A program made the position numbers and the translations under genes. From Octopus sinensis (lineage: Eukaryota): 64,000 bases of DNA. Location: contig NC_043014.1 of assembly GCF_006345805.1 (NCBI RefSeq), positions 32,364,001 to 32,428,000 on the forward strand. Direction: 5' to 3'. The first letter of the stretch is position 1; each line of letters begins with the position of its first letter. The notes under the pieces were generated by a model. It saw only the letters and a list, made by a program, of their open reading frames with translations, was not told where the DNA came from and searched no databases. Shown in pieces: positions 12,273 to 24,273 of this stretch.

Positions 12273-12842
12273 TATTGGGTTGTCTGGAAAGCTTGTGCCG
12301 ATTTATAGTAGCTTACCTTTCGACTTATTTTAGAACATGGTTGAGTCCATGAAATAGGATTTGACTACACCTCCATTTAGAGCACAGTTTAAGCTATCTT
12401 TTCTTGGAAGAAGGTTTATGTTCCTATAACCTGTGTTAATTCTGTATCCCTTTAAAATGGAAGGTAAGAAAATTCATTTTTGGCACTTGATGATTTGTGA
12501 CCCAGACAAAATTTGCTGCAGCTCGGCTGGGATGTGTTACCCCACCCTCCATATTCACCAGATATTGGTCCTTCAAATTTTCACTTATTCAGGTCTATGC
12601 AGAATAGTCTTAATGGTAAAAATGTCAACTCCTTGGATGACGTAAAAAGATACCTTGATGAATTCTTTGCCATGAAACCACCTCAATTCTGGGAAGCAGG
12701 TATTTTCAAGTTAAAGGAAAGATGGAGACGCATTGTGCAACAAAATGGTTCATCTTTGGTTGATTAAAAATGTAATGGCAAGTATTTATTGACCTTTTTC
12801 TTTCCTTTAATAATCAGCACAAACTTTCCGGACAAGCCAATA
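12273..12842 (+). mobile_element. Internally deleted mariner (570 bp)
   Basis: TA TSDs and TIRs TATTGGGTTGTCTGGAAAG / CTTTCCGGACAAGCCAATA. N-terminal MEGKKIHFWHLMI is fused to C-terminal WDVLPHPPYSPDIGPSNFHLF...RWRRIVQQNG. Confidence 0.92.
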
Positions 12843-12850
12843 TATATATT

Positions 12851-13245
12851 CTTTTACTTGTTTTGGTCGTTTGACTGCAGTCATGCTAGAGCACCACCTT
12901 GAAGGAGTTTTAGCTGAACTAATCAACCACAGGACTTATTTTTTTAAGCCCAGTACTTATTTTATCATTCTCTTTTGCTGAATTGCTAAGTTATGGGGAT
13001 GTAAACACACCAGCACTGGTTGTCAAGTAGTAATGGGGGAACAAACACAGACACAAAGTCATACACACATAGATATATACATACATATATATATATACAT
13101 GTATATATAGTCTGTCAACCAGAGTCTATCAACCAAATCCACTCACAAGGCTTTGGTCAGTCCAAGAAGACACTTGCCCTGGTTGCCACGCAGTGAGACT
13201 GAACCCTGAACCATGTGAGTGGAGAGCAAGCTTTTTACCATACAT
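12851..13245 (-). mobile_element. CORE-type tRNA-derived SINE
   Basis: Reverse complement of the family body seen about 20 times in the window. Confidence 0.85.
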
Positions 13246-13648
13246 ATGCATACATACATATATATATTTATATATCTGTGCGTGTGTGTGTGCATGCTAA
13301 TATTTGTTTGCTTTGAAATGACGTGGAGATTTTTCAGTGAATCTTCTTCAAAAACCTGAATGCAAATCAGAAATCACTCCACCATTATAATGCATAAAGA
13401 AATAACGCTAGGACTGAAGTCCTCTGATGTAAAATGGAAAGAAGGCCTGAAAAAAAATGTTGTAGGACTGATAGTCGTAAGGAAATAGACTAGAAATTCA
13501 AGTGTGCAAGTAGAGACACCTTGTTAGTTCATGATATAAAAGTCTGCTTTTCTCTCTCCCCCAGTTTGTCTTTAATCTCTCCTTTTCTTCTGTGCACTGT
13601 TTTGCTCTCTGCCTTACTTTAATTTCGTCTCTCTCCAGCTCACACAAA

Positions 13649-13687
<39 letters not shown>

Positions 13688-14083
13688 ACACACACACGCA
13701 CACACCACACTTTCTTACAATTTCACTTAATAACCTATATATTGGAACGCTGTAGTTATTAAACCTCCTCATTTAAAACATTTAAAAATCATATCTCCAA
13801 AATGTTCATTTTAAATACCATTGAAAACAGAAAATAATCTTTATTTGTTTCATTTATTGTTTCACATTTAAATTTGTTTAGATTTATAAAATAAAATATT
13901 CAGGCATCATGCTCCATGAATTGAAATGCTAGTTTTCACAAGGTTTGTAATGAGCAAAGAAAAAGAAATCTCTCTTCCTTTCCCTTTGTTATTCTCCCTC
14001 CCTTCTTCCCTCTCTCCATATATATATATATATATTTCAATAATAATATTTAATTGTCATATTCTCAAATTTACACTTGAAAT

Positions 14084-14152
14084 GCTGCACTGAAGAGGTG
14101 AAATAAGTAAGTAAATATAGACCTTACTTTAATCCCGAAACGCGTTTGTGGC
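14084..14152 (+). ncRNA. Type I hammerhead ribozyme motif, canonical C3-G8 core
   Basis: GCTGCA / CTGAAGA (14090-14096) / GG..AAGTAAG-loop-CTTACTT..CC / GAAA (14137-14140) / palindromic ACGCGT / GTT site / TGTGGC. Stem I is 6 bp including G-U pairs. It lies in a (TA)n-flanked element at ~14040-14315. Confidence 0.8.
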
Positions 14153-14344
14153 TAATCTAAGTCATGTAGATTCGCTATTTTTTCTCTTTGCCCACGTAAA
14201 AAAAGTGAGATACTTATGGTAGCAGAAAAAGTATTTTAACTGCTATTTCTAAATTCGGTGATGGTGAAGCAATTAGCTGGCCCCCTGATTATAATTATGC
14301 TTATAATTATAGAATATTTGTATATATATATATATATATACATA

Positions 14345-14585
14345 TAACGGGAAGCTTTATGAAAATAGACAAAAGACGAAGGCAGGTTTACGGAAATAAA
14401 CAAAAGACCAAGGCAGATGGAATACAAACAAACAATTGTATTAGTATGGCGCTCAGGAAATATAAATAAAACAAGTCTTTAATGTTTCGAGCCTACGCTC
14501 TTCAACAGAAAGATACACAGAGAAAAAACACAGAAAGAAGGAGAGAAAAAAAATATGCGTGCAGAGGCTAGCAAATCAACATGAT
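14345..14585 (-). mobile_element. (TA)n-flanked short element with a hammerhead-like motif at 14476-14513
   Basis: Minus strand reads TCTTT-CTGTTGA-A-GAGC-GTAG-GCTC-GAAA-CATT-AAAGA. Relatives occur at 18014-18048 and 28287-28410. Confidence 0.6.
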
Positions 14586-14975
14586 ATATATATATATATA
14601 ATTAGGGTTCAGCAAACAAATTTACTTTACCACACACCGAACTTTTAGAAATAGCAGCCAAAGAATTTAGCTATTTCCTCTACTATAAGAAGAGTCTCCC
14701 AGACAATGTATACTCAAAAACAATTCACGTAGGCATAGAGGGAAAAATAACGAAAGATCACTCGTACATTGATTACTTGAGAACGCCGTTTCTGGGTTAG
14801 TTAGATATAGAGATGCTAGAAATACATACCTATTCCAACATTCCTGTCATCAGCCCAAGATTTCGTTAAATTTAAATTTGAGAGCACTAAAAATCGAACA
14901 TACCTGTCTGATTTGAGTAACCTCAAACGAACCCCCTCAGACGAAATTATTAATTAGATTATATATATATATATA

Positions 14976-15113
14976 TGAGGTGGTATTATAAAGTTCCTGG
15001 ACTAATTCTGTTGTGTGCCAACAGATGGCAGTACACAATTGCATGCACAGTTCGAGCTATTAGTGACCTTCATGAGGTGATGTGCTGAGTGATATCACTG
15101 TGTTTACTTTGCA
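14976..15113 (+). mobile_element. Mariner-family 5' end fragment
   Basis: TGAGGTGGTATTATAAAGTTCCTGGACT...GCCAACAGATGGCAG, homologous in inverted orientation to 17000-17149. Confidence 0.65.
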
Positions 15114-15114
15114 A

Positions 15115-15244
15115 GTTCAGGTTCAGTCCCACTGTGTGGCACCTTGGGCAAGTGTCTTCTACTATAGCCTCAGATTGAGCAAAGCCTTGTTAGTGGATTT
15201 GGTAGACGGAAACTGAAAGAAGTCCGTCGTATATATATATATTT

Positions 15245-15288
<44 letters not shown>

Positions 15289-15505
15289 GTATGTATGTGT
15301 ATATGTATATGCTTGTGTGTGTGTCCCCAACATCACTTGACAACCGATGCTGGTGTGTTTACATTCCCATAACTTAGCAGTTTGGCAAAAGAGACTGATA
15401 GAATAAGCACTAGGCTTACAAAGAATAAGTCCTGGGGTTGATGAAGGCAGTGTTCCAGCATGGCCGCAGTCAAAGTGACTGAAACAAGTAAAGGAATAAA
15501 AGAAT
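15115..15505 (+). mobile_element. CORE-type SINE (5'-truncated)
   Basis: GGCACCTTGGGCAAGTGTCTTCTACTATAGCC core, central (TA)n and AAAAGAAT tail. Confidence 0.85.
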
Positions 15506-15547
15506 GTACATAATTCCTCTTCTCTTAAATATAGAAACATATTCCTT

Positions 15548-15792
15548 TATTCTTTTATTCTTTTATTTGTTTCAGTCAGCTGATTGGGGCCATGCTGGAG
15601 CACCACTTTTTAGTTGAGGAAATCAACTACTGGACTTGTTCTTTGTATGCCTGGTGTTTATTCTATCGTTCTCTTATGCCAAACTGTTAAGTTATGGTGA
15701 TGTAAACACACCAACATCGGTTGTCAAGTGACAGTGGGGCAGAAGAAGTACAAACACAGACACAAACACACACATAAATATATACTTATAAG

Positions 15793-15838
<46 letters not shown>

Positions 15839-16003
15839 CATGCAACAGACTTTTTTCAGTTTCCATCTACCAAATCCACTCACAAGGCTTTGGTCAGCCT
15901 GAGGCTATAGTATAAGACAGTTGCCCAAATTGCCACACAGCAGGACCATGTGAACTCAGAACCATGTGGTTGGGAAGCAAGCTTCTTACCACACAGCCAT
16001 GCC
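15548..16003 (-). mobile_element. CORE-type SINE
   Basis: Full body in reverse orientation. Confidence 0.85.
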
Positions 16004-16840
16004 TGTGCTTATATATATATAGTCAAATCAAATAAACAAACAATAACAAACAACAAAAGGACATGTACACAGAATGTAGGTATTAGTTTGATACTCAGTA
16101 AAAAGAGAGAGTTTTTGACATTACATCATCATAATCATCATCATCATAGTCATCCTACATGGGCTTCTGTCATATACCAGTTCCACCCACAAGGCATTAG
16201 TTGAACCAGAGTTCGAGTGGAACACACTTTCACAAGGTACTCTGCAATGAGATAGAACTCAAAACCTCATGGTCACTATGTCAATTACATATCCACACTA
16301 TCCTCCTTGCACCTATGTATGTATGTGTGTGTATGGCTTCCTGCAAATGGTTTTTCAATCTACCACCACAGGTTATTGTCTATCTTTATAATACCTTTGT
16401 CTAGTTTTGAACATTTCTCTTTATTCCCGGAGTAGATGAAGAGACAAGGTACATTGTGTCAAAACGTTGTTTCATGTTTTCATTAGTTTGTAATTTACTA
16501 GACTCTCCACAAATATATATTGCTTTTCAAAAGCAAAGTTTTGGACTTAGTGTTGAAAACCATGCTTTAATCAAAGTTAGTTCCAATTGATTCTATGCAG
16601 CTTTATCAATGAGCAACAAAAATCTTGTCCTGCAGGAAATTAGTATTTTGAGAATCAATGAACATCTTCAAAGACCATTCTGTAGCTGTCTGAGTTTTTC
16701 AAAAAGGTGTGATGGTCAAAGAATGGCTAAAAATCTTGAAAAAGCAATAAAAACATGCATGAGCAGGTATAGCTAAATGGTTAAGAAAATTCATTCTACA
16801 AACATGTGGTCTGGATTCAGTGCCACTCGAATCATTATGG

Positions 16841-17149
<309 letters not shown>

Positions 17150-17501
17150 TATGTATGTATAAAACATGCAACCAGTGTTATGGATGGGGGAAGTTAGGCC
17201 ACATATTTTGTGGACACATTTTATCAAAAGCCACATTCATGGTTCACCAGCAGAGGTACAATTATAAAATATAATTCTATCTCAGTGCACAATGTTCTTA
17301 ATAATCAGGGATGGTCTTCCTCAGTGATGAGCAGACAGCCATTATATTCATATATATATATATATTTAAATTATAACTTAGGGTATCTACGAGATACTGC
17401 CATGCTGAAAATAGCAGCCAGGATTTAACTCTAAAACCACCTTCAGCTTCAAGGAGAGAAGACAAAAAGGCAAAATAAAACTAGTAAAAAATTACTGGAT
17501 A

Positions 17502-17560
17502 ATTCCAGATTCCGGATTTCTGGCTTTGCATTTAGAAATGCTTTGCCTCATCAGTGAAAT
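17502..17560 (-). ncRNA. Type I hammerhead ribozyme motif
   Basis: Minus strand reads ATTTCA / CTGATGA / GGC..GCATTT-CT-AAATGC..GCC / A / GAAA / TCCGGA (palindrome) / ATC site / TGGAAT. Stem I is 6 bp, with one extra A before GAAA. Confidence 0.65.
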
Positions 17561-17821
17561 ATACGCAGAGGGAAACATAAATACGTATTTATATACATAC
17601 AACATGCGAATACTTATACGAATGTATACATACATATATACATATGCACGTATGCAACACGACCAGTTTAAAATGCTCGCTTCTTAATTCCATGTGCGAT
17701 ATGGTTAAAACATCATCGCAGTAAATACAATGACGAAATAAATTTAAACTTATATAAGTAAGGATTAGATCGTTAATTTAAATTAAATAATTATCTTATC
17801 AAGTGGCCAGCATGGAAATGA

Positions 17822-17921
17822 AAACCTTCAAAGGTAATAATTATTATTAAAATGATAATGGCGGTATCTCATGGATACCCTAAGTTATAACTTTAATAAT
17901 AATTATTACCTTTGAAGGTTT
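17822..17921. repeat. 100-bp foldback with perfect 30-bp arms and a central hairpin
   Basis: AAACCTTCAAAGGTAATAATTATTATTAAA and its reverse complement, with GGTATC-TCATG-GATACC inside. Confidence 0.9.
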
Positions 17922-18404
17922 ATATATATATATATATATATATGTGACCACGTGTGTACCATTGGCGATTTTTTTTCCTCCATCTTCCTTCCTTGGATCT
18001 TTCCTTTTCCTATGTTTCTGACGAAGAGTTCCGCTCGAAGCATTAAATCCTCCTTGTTTCTTTCCTTTCCTGAGCATCCAATATCACTATACTTGTTCCA
18101 CGTCCTCACGTTGTTGTGTTTTCTCTTTGCATTTTCATGTTTGGATTAACTTTACATATATATATTACGGGCTTATTTCAGTTTCTGTCTATCAAATCCG
18201 CTCACAAGGCATTTATCAGCCCAAGACTATAGTAAAAGACACTTGCCCAAGGTGCATATATGGGTTTTTTTTATACCTAAGAGAATGAAGCTCTTTTTAA
18301 ATTATATGAGCAGGTAGAAACATAGACATCTGCCTGTTCTCTTCCACATATTTGCATCTGGGCACATGTGCATATGTTTAAGTGTGTGTATATATACATC
18401 ATCA

Positions 18405-18770
18405 TCATCATCATCGTCGTTTAACGTCCGTTCTCCATGCTAGCATGGGTTGGACGGTTCGACCGGGGTTCTGGGAAGCCAGAAGGCTGCACCAGGCTCC
18501 AGTCTAATTTGGCAATGTTTCTACAGCTGGATACCCTTCCTAACGCCAACCACTCCGTGAGTGTAGTGGGTGTTTTTTACGTGCCACCTGCACAGGTGCC
18601 AGGCGGGGCTGGCAACGGCCACGGTCAGATTGGTGTATTTTATGTGCCACCGGCACGGAAGCCAGACGGGCGGTGCTGGCATCGGCCACGAGTTGGATAG
18701 TGCTTTTTACGTACCACCAGACCAGGGATCCTGGCTGGTTCAATTCGATTTCGATTTCACTTGCCCCAAC
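18405..18770 (-). mobile_element. RTE-type LINE 3' end with (GAT)n tail
   Basis: Reverse complement of GTTGGCGTTAGGAAGGG..CCAGCTGTAGAAAC...GGACGTTAAACGATGATGAT. Confidence 0.85.
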
Positions 18771-18907
18771 ATGTCTTATATACCTATATATGTATATATA
18801 CATATATATGTATATATATATGTGTGTGTGTGTGTGTGCAGGTTTTTATGCTTTTTTAATTTTATTTTATATTGTAAATTAATCTCTTATTGTAAGCACA
18901 AATACAC

Positions 18908-18961
<54 letters not shown>

Positions 18962-18982
18962 GTCTGTCTAGCTATCTGTCTA

Positions 18983-19026
<44 letters not shown>

Positions 19027-19052
19027 CATATGTTTGTGTATATACATAAATA

Positions 19053-19296
19053 TATAAAAATGAATAGAAAATGGAGATATATATAACACTTAGCAATTCA
19101 AAAATTAGGATTTAAAATTTATTAGCATAATAGTATATTGAATTATATTCTTATAATAATATAATGTAATAAGTAATAAATATTAAATATTATTATTAGA
19201 ATAGAATGTAATATACTATTATGCTAATAAATTTTAGATTTTAATTTTTGAATTGCCAATTATTATATATAGTTCCATTTTCTATTCATTTTTATA
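19053..19296. repeat. AT-rich foldback element with ~87-bp imperfect arms
   Basis: TATAAAAATGAATAGAAAATGGA...AAAATTTATTAGCATAATAGTATATT versus its reverse complement at 19210-19296. Confidence 0.85.
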
Positions 19297-19388
19297 AATT
19301 AATAAGTGTTTTTTTCTCTGCAAAATTGAGTATTTTACTGTGGAAGTAGTGAAAGATTGGATGTTTTCCATCCCTATTATCCTTGTAG

Positions 19389-19730
19389 TAAGCAGCTTGC
19401 TTACCAGCCACAGAGTTCTGGGTTCAATCCCACTGCGTGGCACCTTGGGGGAAGTCTTCTGCTATAGCTTTGAGCCAACCAAAGCCTTGTGAGTGGATTT
19501 GGTAGACAGAAACAGAAAGAAGCCCATCGTATATATATATATATATATACATGCATATGTTTGTGTGACTGTTTTTGAACCACCACCATCGCTTGACAAC
19601 TGTTGTTGGTCTGTAACTCAGCAGTTCAGCAAAAGTAACTGATAAATAAGTACAAAGAATAAGTTCTGGGGTCAATTTCTTCCAGCATGGCCGCAGTCAA
19701 ATGACTGAAACAAATAAAAGAGTAAAAGAG
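19389..19730 (+). mobile_element. CORE-type SINE
   Basis: Family body with AAAAGAGTAAAAGAG tail. Confidence 0.85.
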
Positions 19731-19740
19731 TATATATACA

Positions 19741-19824
<84 letters not shown>

Positions 19825-20045
19825 CATCCATCCATCCATCCATCCAAGCATCCATGCATCCATCCATCTATCTACGTGATCCCTTTTGATCATCCCCCCC
19901 CCCCACCGCCCGATCCCTTTTGATAGGAATTTTACTTTTTTTCTTATTTTTTCCCCTTTTTTTCATTTTCGAAAAGAAAAGCTCTACATTTGTATTTGTC
20001 CCCTCTGTGTTCAGCCCTGTGTGGCCAATAAAGAAAGTTATCTAT

Positions 20046-20516
20046 CTATGTCGTCTGCTAGCCTTGTCTGGCACCTGTATCGGTGGCACATAAAAACACC
20101 ATCCGAGCGTGGCCGTTCGCCAGCTTCGTCTGGCACCTGTGTCGGTGGCACATAAAAACACCATCCGAGCATGGCCGTTCACCAGCCTCGTCTGGCACCT
20201 GTGTCGGTGGCACATAAAAACACCATCTGAGCGTGGCCGTTCGCCAGCCTCGTCTGGCACCTGTGTCGGTGGCACATAAAAACACCATCCGAGCATGGCC
20301 GTTCGCCAGCCTCGTCTGGCACCTGTGTTGGTGGCACATAAAATCACCCACTACACTCTCGGAGTGGTTGGCGTTAGGAAGGGCATCCAGCTGTAGAAAC
20401 ACTGCCAGATCTGACTGGCCTGATGCAGCCTTCGGGCTCCCCAGACCCCAGTTGAACCGTCCAACCCATGCTAGCATGGAAAGCGGACGTTAAATGATGA
20501 TGATGATGATGATGAT
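20046..20516 (+). mobile_element. RTE-type LINE 3' end containing a 62-bp tandem repeat (about 5 copies)
   Basis: GTCTGGCACCTGT at 20066, 20128, 20190, 20252 and 20314, with a (GAT)n tail at ~20494-20516. Confidence 0.9.
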
Positions 20517-20706
20517 ACAACATGCATACATACGTACATATGTATGTTTGCGCGTATGAATTACATACAGGTGCACTTTCACTGGTTTTGCCTTACATCT
20601 CCTCCCATATTTATTTACTCCTACTACTATATACATGTTTGTGCTTATAAATGCACCCAACCTGCATATGTTCTGAAATACATCTGTATATGAGGTTTAT
20701 ATCTAC

Positions 20707-21093
20707 ACTAGTAGTATCGCCCGGCGTTGCTCGGGTTTGTAAGGGAAATAACTATAAAGCATTTTTAGAGAGTTATAGCCAAAAAATAGCAAAAAAATGG
20801 AAAAAAAATTATGGTAAATTTATTTTTGAGAGTTAAAAAGGTGGAGTTGCATCCCCTAGACAGTCTGTGGTTTGTGTTTCTGATTCTCGACCCCATGTCG
20901 AATTTATCGATTTTTTTCAGAACTGGGGGAACTTTTCAAAATTTTCGCTGCGTTAGTTTTGAATTATGACATTGGGCTATGTGTGTGTCAAGTTTCATCA
21001 GAATCGGTTGAAAGCCGTGGTCAGGGTGAGGGTACAACCTAACAGACACACAGAAACACACACAGACAAACTGCCGTTTATATAAAGAGAGAT
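20707..21093 (+). mobile_element. Helentron-associated (DINE-1/Lep1-like) short element
   Basis: Starts ACTAG..GCCCGGCGTTGCTCGGG, has internal AAGTTTCATCAGAATCGGTTGAAAG and ACAGAC repeats, and ends TTTATATAAAGAGAGAT. Classification is from recalled architecture. Confidence 0.6.
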
Positions 21094-21736
21094 GCCCCGT
21101 CTCACACTTATTACCTATGTCAAATTAAATCATGGTTTTAAATATAATCACCTTATTTATATATCATTATTTGTCACTTTTTTTTATAAGACATAATTAT
21201 TAAAATTCATCATCAACATACTCAGTAACTGCAATAGAAACAGCATTAAATTAAAATTGTCATCCATGGATCATACTAAATGTATATCCTCTATTGAAAG
21301 TCATCATACTGTGTTTTGTGTCTGAGACAAAATCTCTACACAGATGTGTCTGAAAATCACAATATATATATTTGAGTTAGGTGAACATCATCACAGCAGT
21401 GGCATGCAAGAACAACAGATGCATTTCACTCCAGTTAGTGCTTGTCAATAGCATACACCCATTTGTCTCATACTAAGATGCCTCTTCTGTGTAAACAATA
21501 TATTCATTGGAATCGTGTAAAGCTTGCCAGGCTGTAAATGATCTCAATGAACACATCTTGAGCTACACTCTAGTCTCCCTTATACTCACCTTCTAGTACT
21601 TTGAGAGTATGCCCTCATACATTCACACCATCATCTTCATTTCTCTTTCCAGGTTCTACCACTTATCCTCATGTGATGTAGGATAACCATGTATCTCCTC
21701 AGCAGCAAGTTTCTCTTCTTTTACATACTTTTTTTC

Positions 21737-21996
21737 TCTCTCTTTTACTCTTTTACTTGTTTCAGTCATTTGACAGTGGCCATGCTGGAGCACTGCCTTT
21801 AGTCGAGCAAATCGACTCCAGGACTTATTCATTGCAAGCCTAGTACTTATTCTATTGGTCTCTTTTGCCAAACAGCTAAGTGATGGGGACATAAACACAC
21901 CAGCATCGGTTGTCAAGCGATGTTGGTGCGGGGACAGGCACAGACACACAAACATACACACACACATATACATACATATACATACATACATATATA

Positions 21997-22049
<53 letters not shown>

Positions 22050-22220
22050 TATACATATATATACGACAGGCTTCTTTCAGTTTCTGTCTACCAAATCCAC
22101 TCACAAGGCTTTGGTCGACTCGAGGCTATAGTAGAAGACACTTGCCCAAGGTGCCATGCAGTGGAACTGAACCCGGAGCCATGTGGTTGGTAAGCAAGCT
22201 ACTTACCACACAGCCACTCC
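21737..22220 (-). mobile_element. CORE-type SINE, near consensus
   Basis: Full body in reverse orientation with central (TA)n. Confidence 0.9.
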
Positions 22221-23132
22221 CACGACTTTATTTTAATACTTTATTTTTGTCAACATCTAGCATAAAGTAAACCCCATCTCTGCCACATTCCACCACTCCA
22301 TCAAGTGGGATTTATCTTTGTCTTCAAAGTTACTTGATGACCTCACAAGTGTTGGTGCCATGACAAAGCTCACAGTACATTCTGTAAAATGTTTGGCATT
22401 AGGAAGGACACCCAGTCATAGGAACCTTACCAAAGCAGACATTAGTCTGTTGAATCCTGTTGAACAGTTCAACCCATACCAGCATGGAAGGCAGATTACG
22501 AGGATGATGCATGTGTGTATGTGTATGTGTATGCACGTACACACACACAGATATATATATATAGAAAGAGAGAGATGTACCTACAAAGCCACACATAAAT
22601 ATGCATAAGTAAGTATGCATATATATGTATGTGTATGTATACACTGTATACACACAAACACACACACATTGAGATCTGTCTTTTAAAAGTTTGGAAATGT
22701 GAGTGGTATTACTTTTCCTCATCTGGTAACAAATCACCAGAAGACTATACATGTCAAATATAAGGTCGATTGATCAATATTTAGGGGCCCACAGGGGCTC
22801 AAAATATTGATCAATCAATCAATCAATGGAGGCCAAATTTTACCATCTTTTTTTCATCTTCTTGGAGCAATAACTATATATTTTTTCTTTTAGCTGATTT
22901 TCATTCTGTCAGTAACTCTTTGCACAGAAAGAAAACACAATCTTATTGATTAAGGATATTTTTTATATAGTATCAGATGGTTATAAAGTTTGATTTAAAA
23001 ATATAATCTTGAAAATTCTCGTGAATATGAATTTTACATAGCTGAATATTTGATTTATTCAACATCTTTTATGATATAATGATATTATTAGTAGCAGTCA
23101 TTATAATATTCTTGTTTATCAGGTATATACGC

Positions 23133-23342
23133 TTTACTTTTTTACTCTTTTACTTGTTTCAGTCATTTGACTGCAGCCATGCTGGAGCACCACCTTTTAG
23201 TCGAGCAAATTGACTCCAGGACTTATTCTTTGTAAGCCTAGTACTTAATCTATCGGCATCTTTTGCTGAAATGCTAAGTCACGGGGACGTAAACACACCA
23301 GCATCGCTTGTCAAACGATGTTGGGGGGACAAACACATACAA

Positions 23343-23374
<32 letters not shown>

Positions 23375-23571
23375 ACATACACACACACACGCATGTATAT
23401 ACATATACATATATTCGACGGGCTTCTTTCAGTTTCTGTTTACCAAATCCACTCACAAGGCTTTGGTTGGCCTGTGGCTATAGCAGAAGACATTTGCCCG
23501 AGGTGCCATGCAGTGGGACTGAACCTGGAACCATGTGGTTGGTAAGCAAGCTACTTACCACACAGCCACTC
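23133..23571 (-). mobile_element. CORE-type SINE, near consensus
   Basis: Full body in reverse orientation. Confidence 0.9.
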
Positions 23572-23923
23572 CTGATAACAGTTAAATTAGAATTAGGTTA
23601 GCTTGAAATTTGTTACCTTAAAATTTGCAATTCCTGTATTTAAGTAAAAAAAAAAAAAATGATTCAGCAGAGAAAATTGATGGAAAGCTTTATAATAGAT
23701 ATAACCTATATGCCAGGTAGATGTGGCTGTGTGAAACTTGCTTCCCAACTGCATGGTTCCATGTTCAGTTCCACTGTGTGACACCCTGAGCATGTGTCTT
23801 CTACTTGGGCTGACCAAAGCCTTGTGAATGGATTTGGTAGAGGGAAACTAAAAGAAGCCTGTCATATATATAAATATGTGTGTGTGTGTGTGTGTATATA
23901 GATATAATATATTGTAGGTATAT

Positions 23924-23961
<38 letters not shown>

Positions 23962-24133
23962 ATAAATATTAGGGAATGAATCCAAAATTACAGGGAAAGA
24001 TCAGATTTAGGGTTAAATCCAATTTTATAGTAAAATATTATATAATATAATTCGAGACAAAACCACTATTTTAAAACCAAACAAGGAAAGACTTAATCAA
24101 TACATAAAATTTTAATATAAATTAAATAAACCG

Positions 24134-24176
24134 CCACTACAAATGTTTCATGTCTGCTCCGACAATCTTCAGGTGG
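24134..24176 (-). ncRNA. Mirror copy of the minimal type I hammerhead
   Basis: Exact reverse complement of 24231-24273 within the palindrome. Confidence 0.75.
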
Positions 24177-24230
24177 ATTTTCGATCTTCTAATCAGTATC
24201 AAATTTGATACTGATTAGAAGATCGAAAAT

Positions 24231-24273
24231 CCACCTGAAGATTGTCGGAGCAGACATGAAACATTTGTAGTGG
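24231..24273 (+). ncRNA. Minimal type I hammerhead motif
   Basis: CCAC / CTGAAGA / T-TGTC-GGAGCA-GACA-T / GAAA / ACA-TT-TGT stem III / GTA site (24267-24269) / GTGG. Confidence 0.75.

Noticed and set aside
20046-20345. Regularly spaced repeats suggesting a CRISPR array
   Set aside because: Units are contiguous with no unique spacers, there are no cas genes, and the context is a eukaryotic LINE tail.
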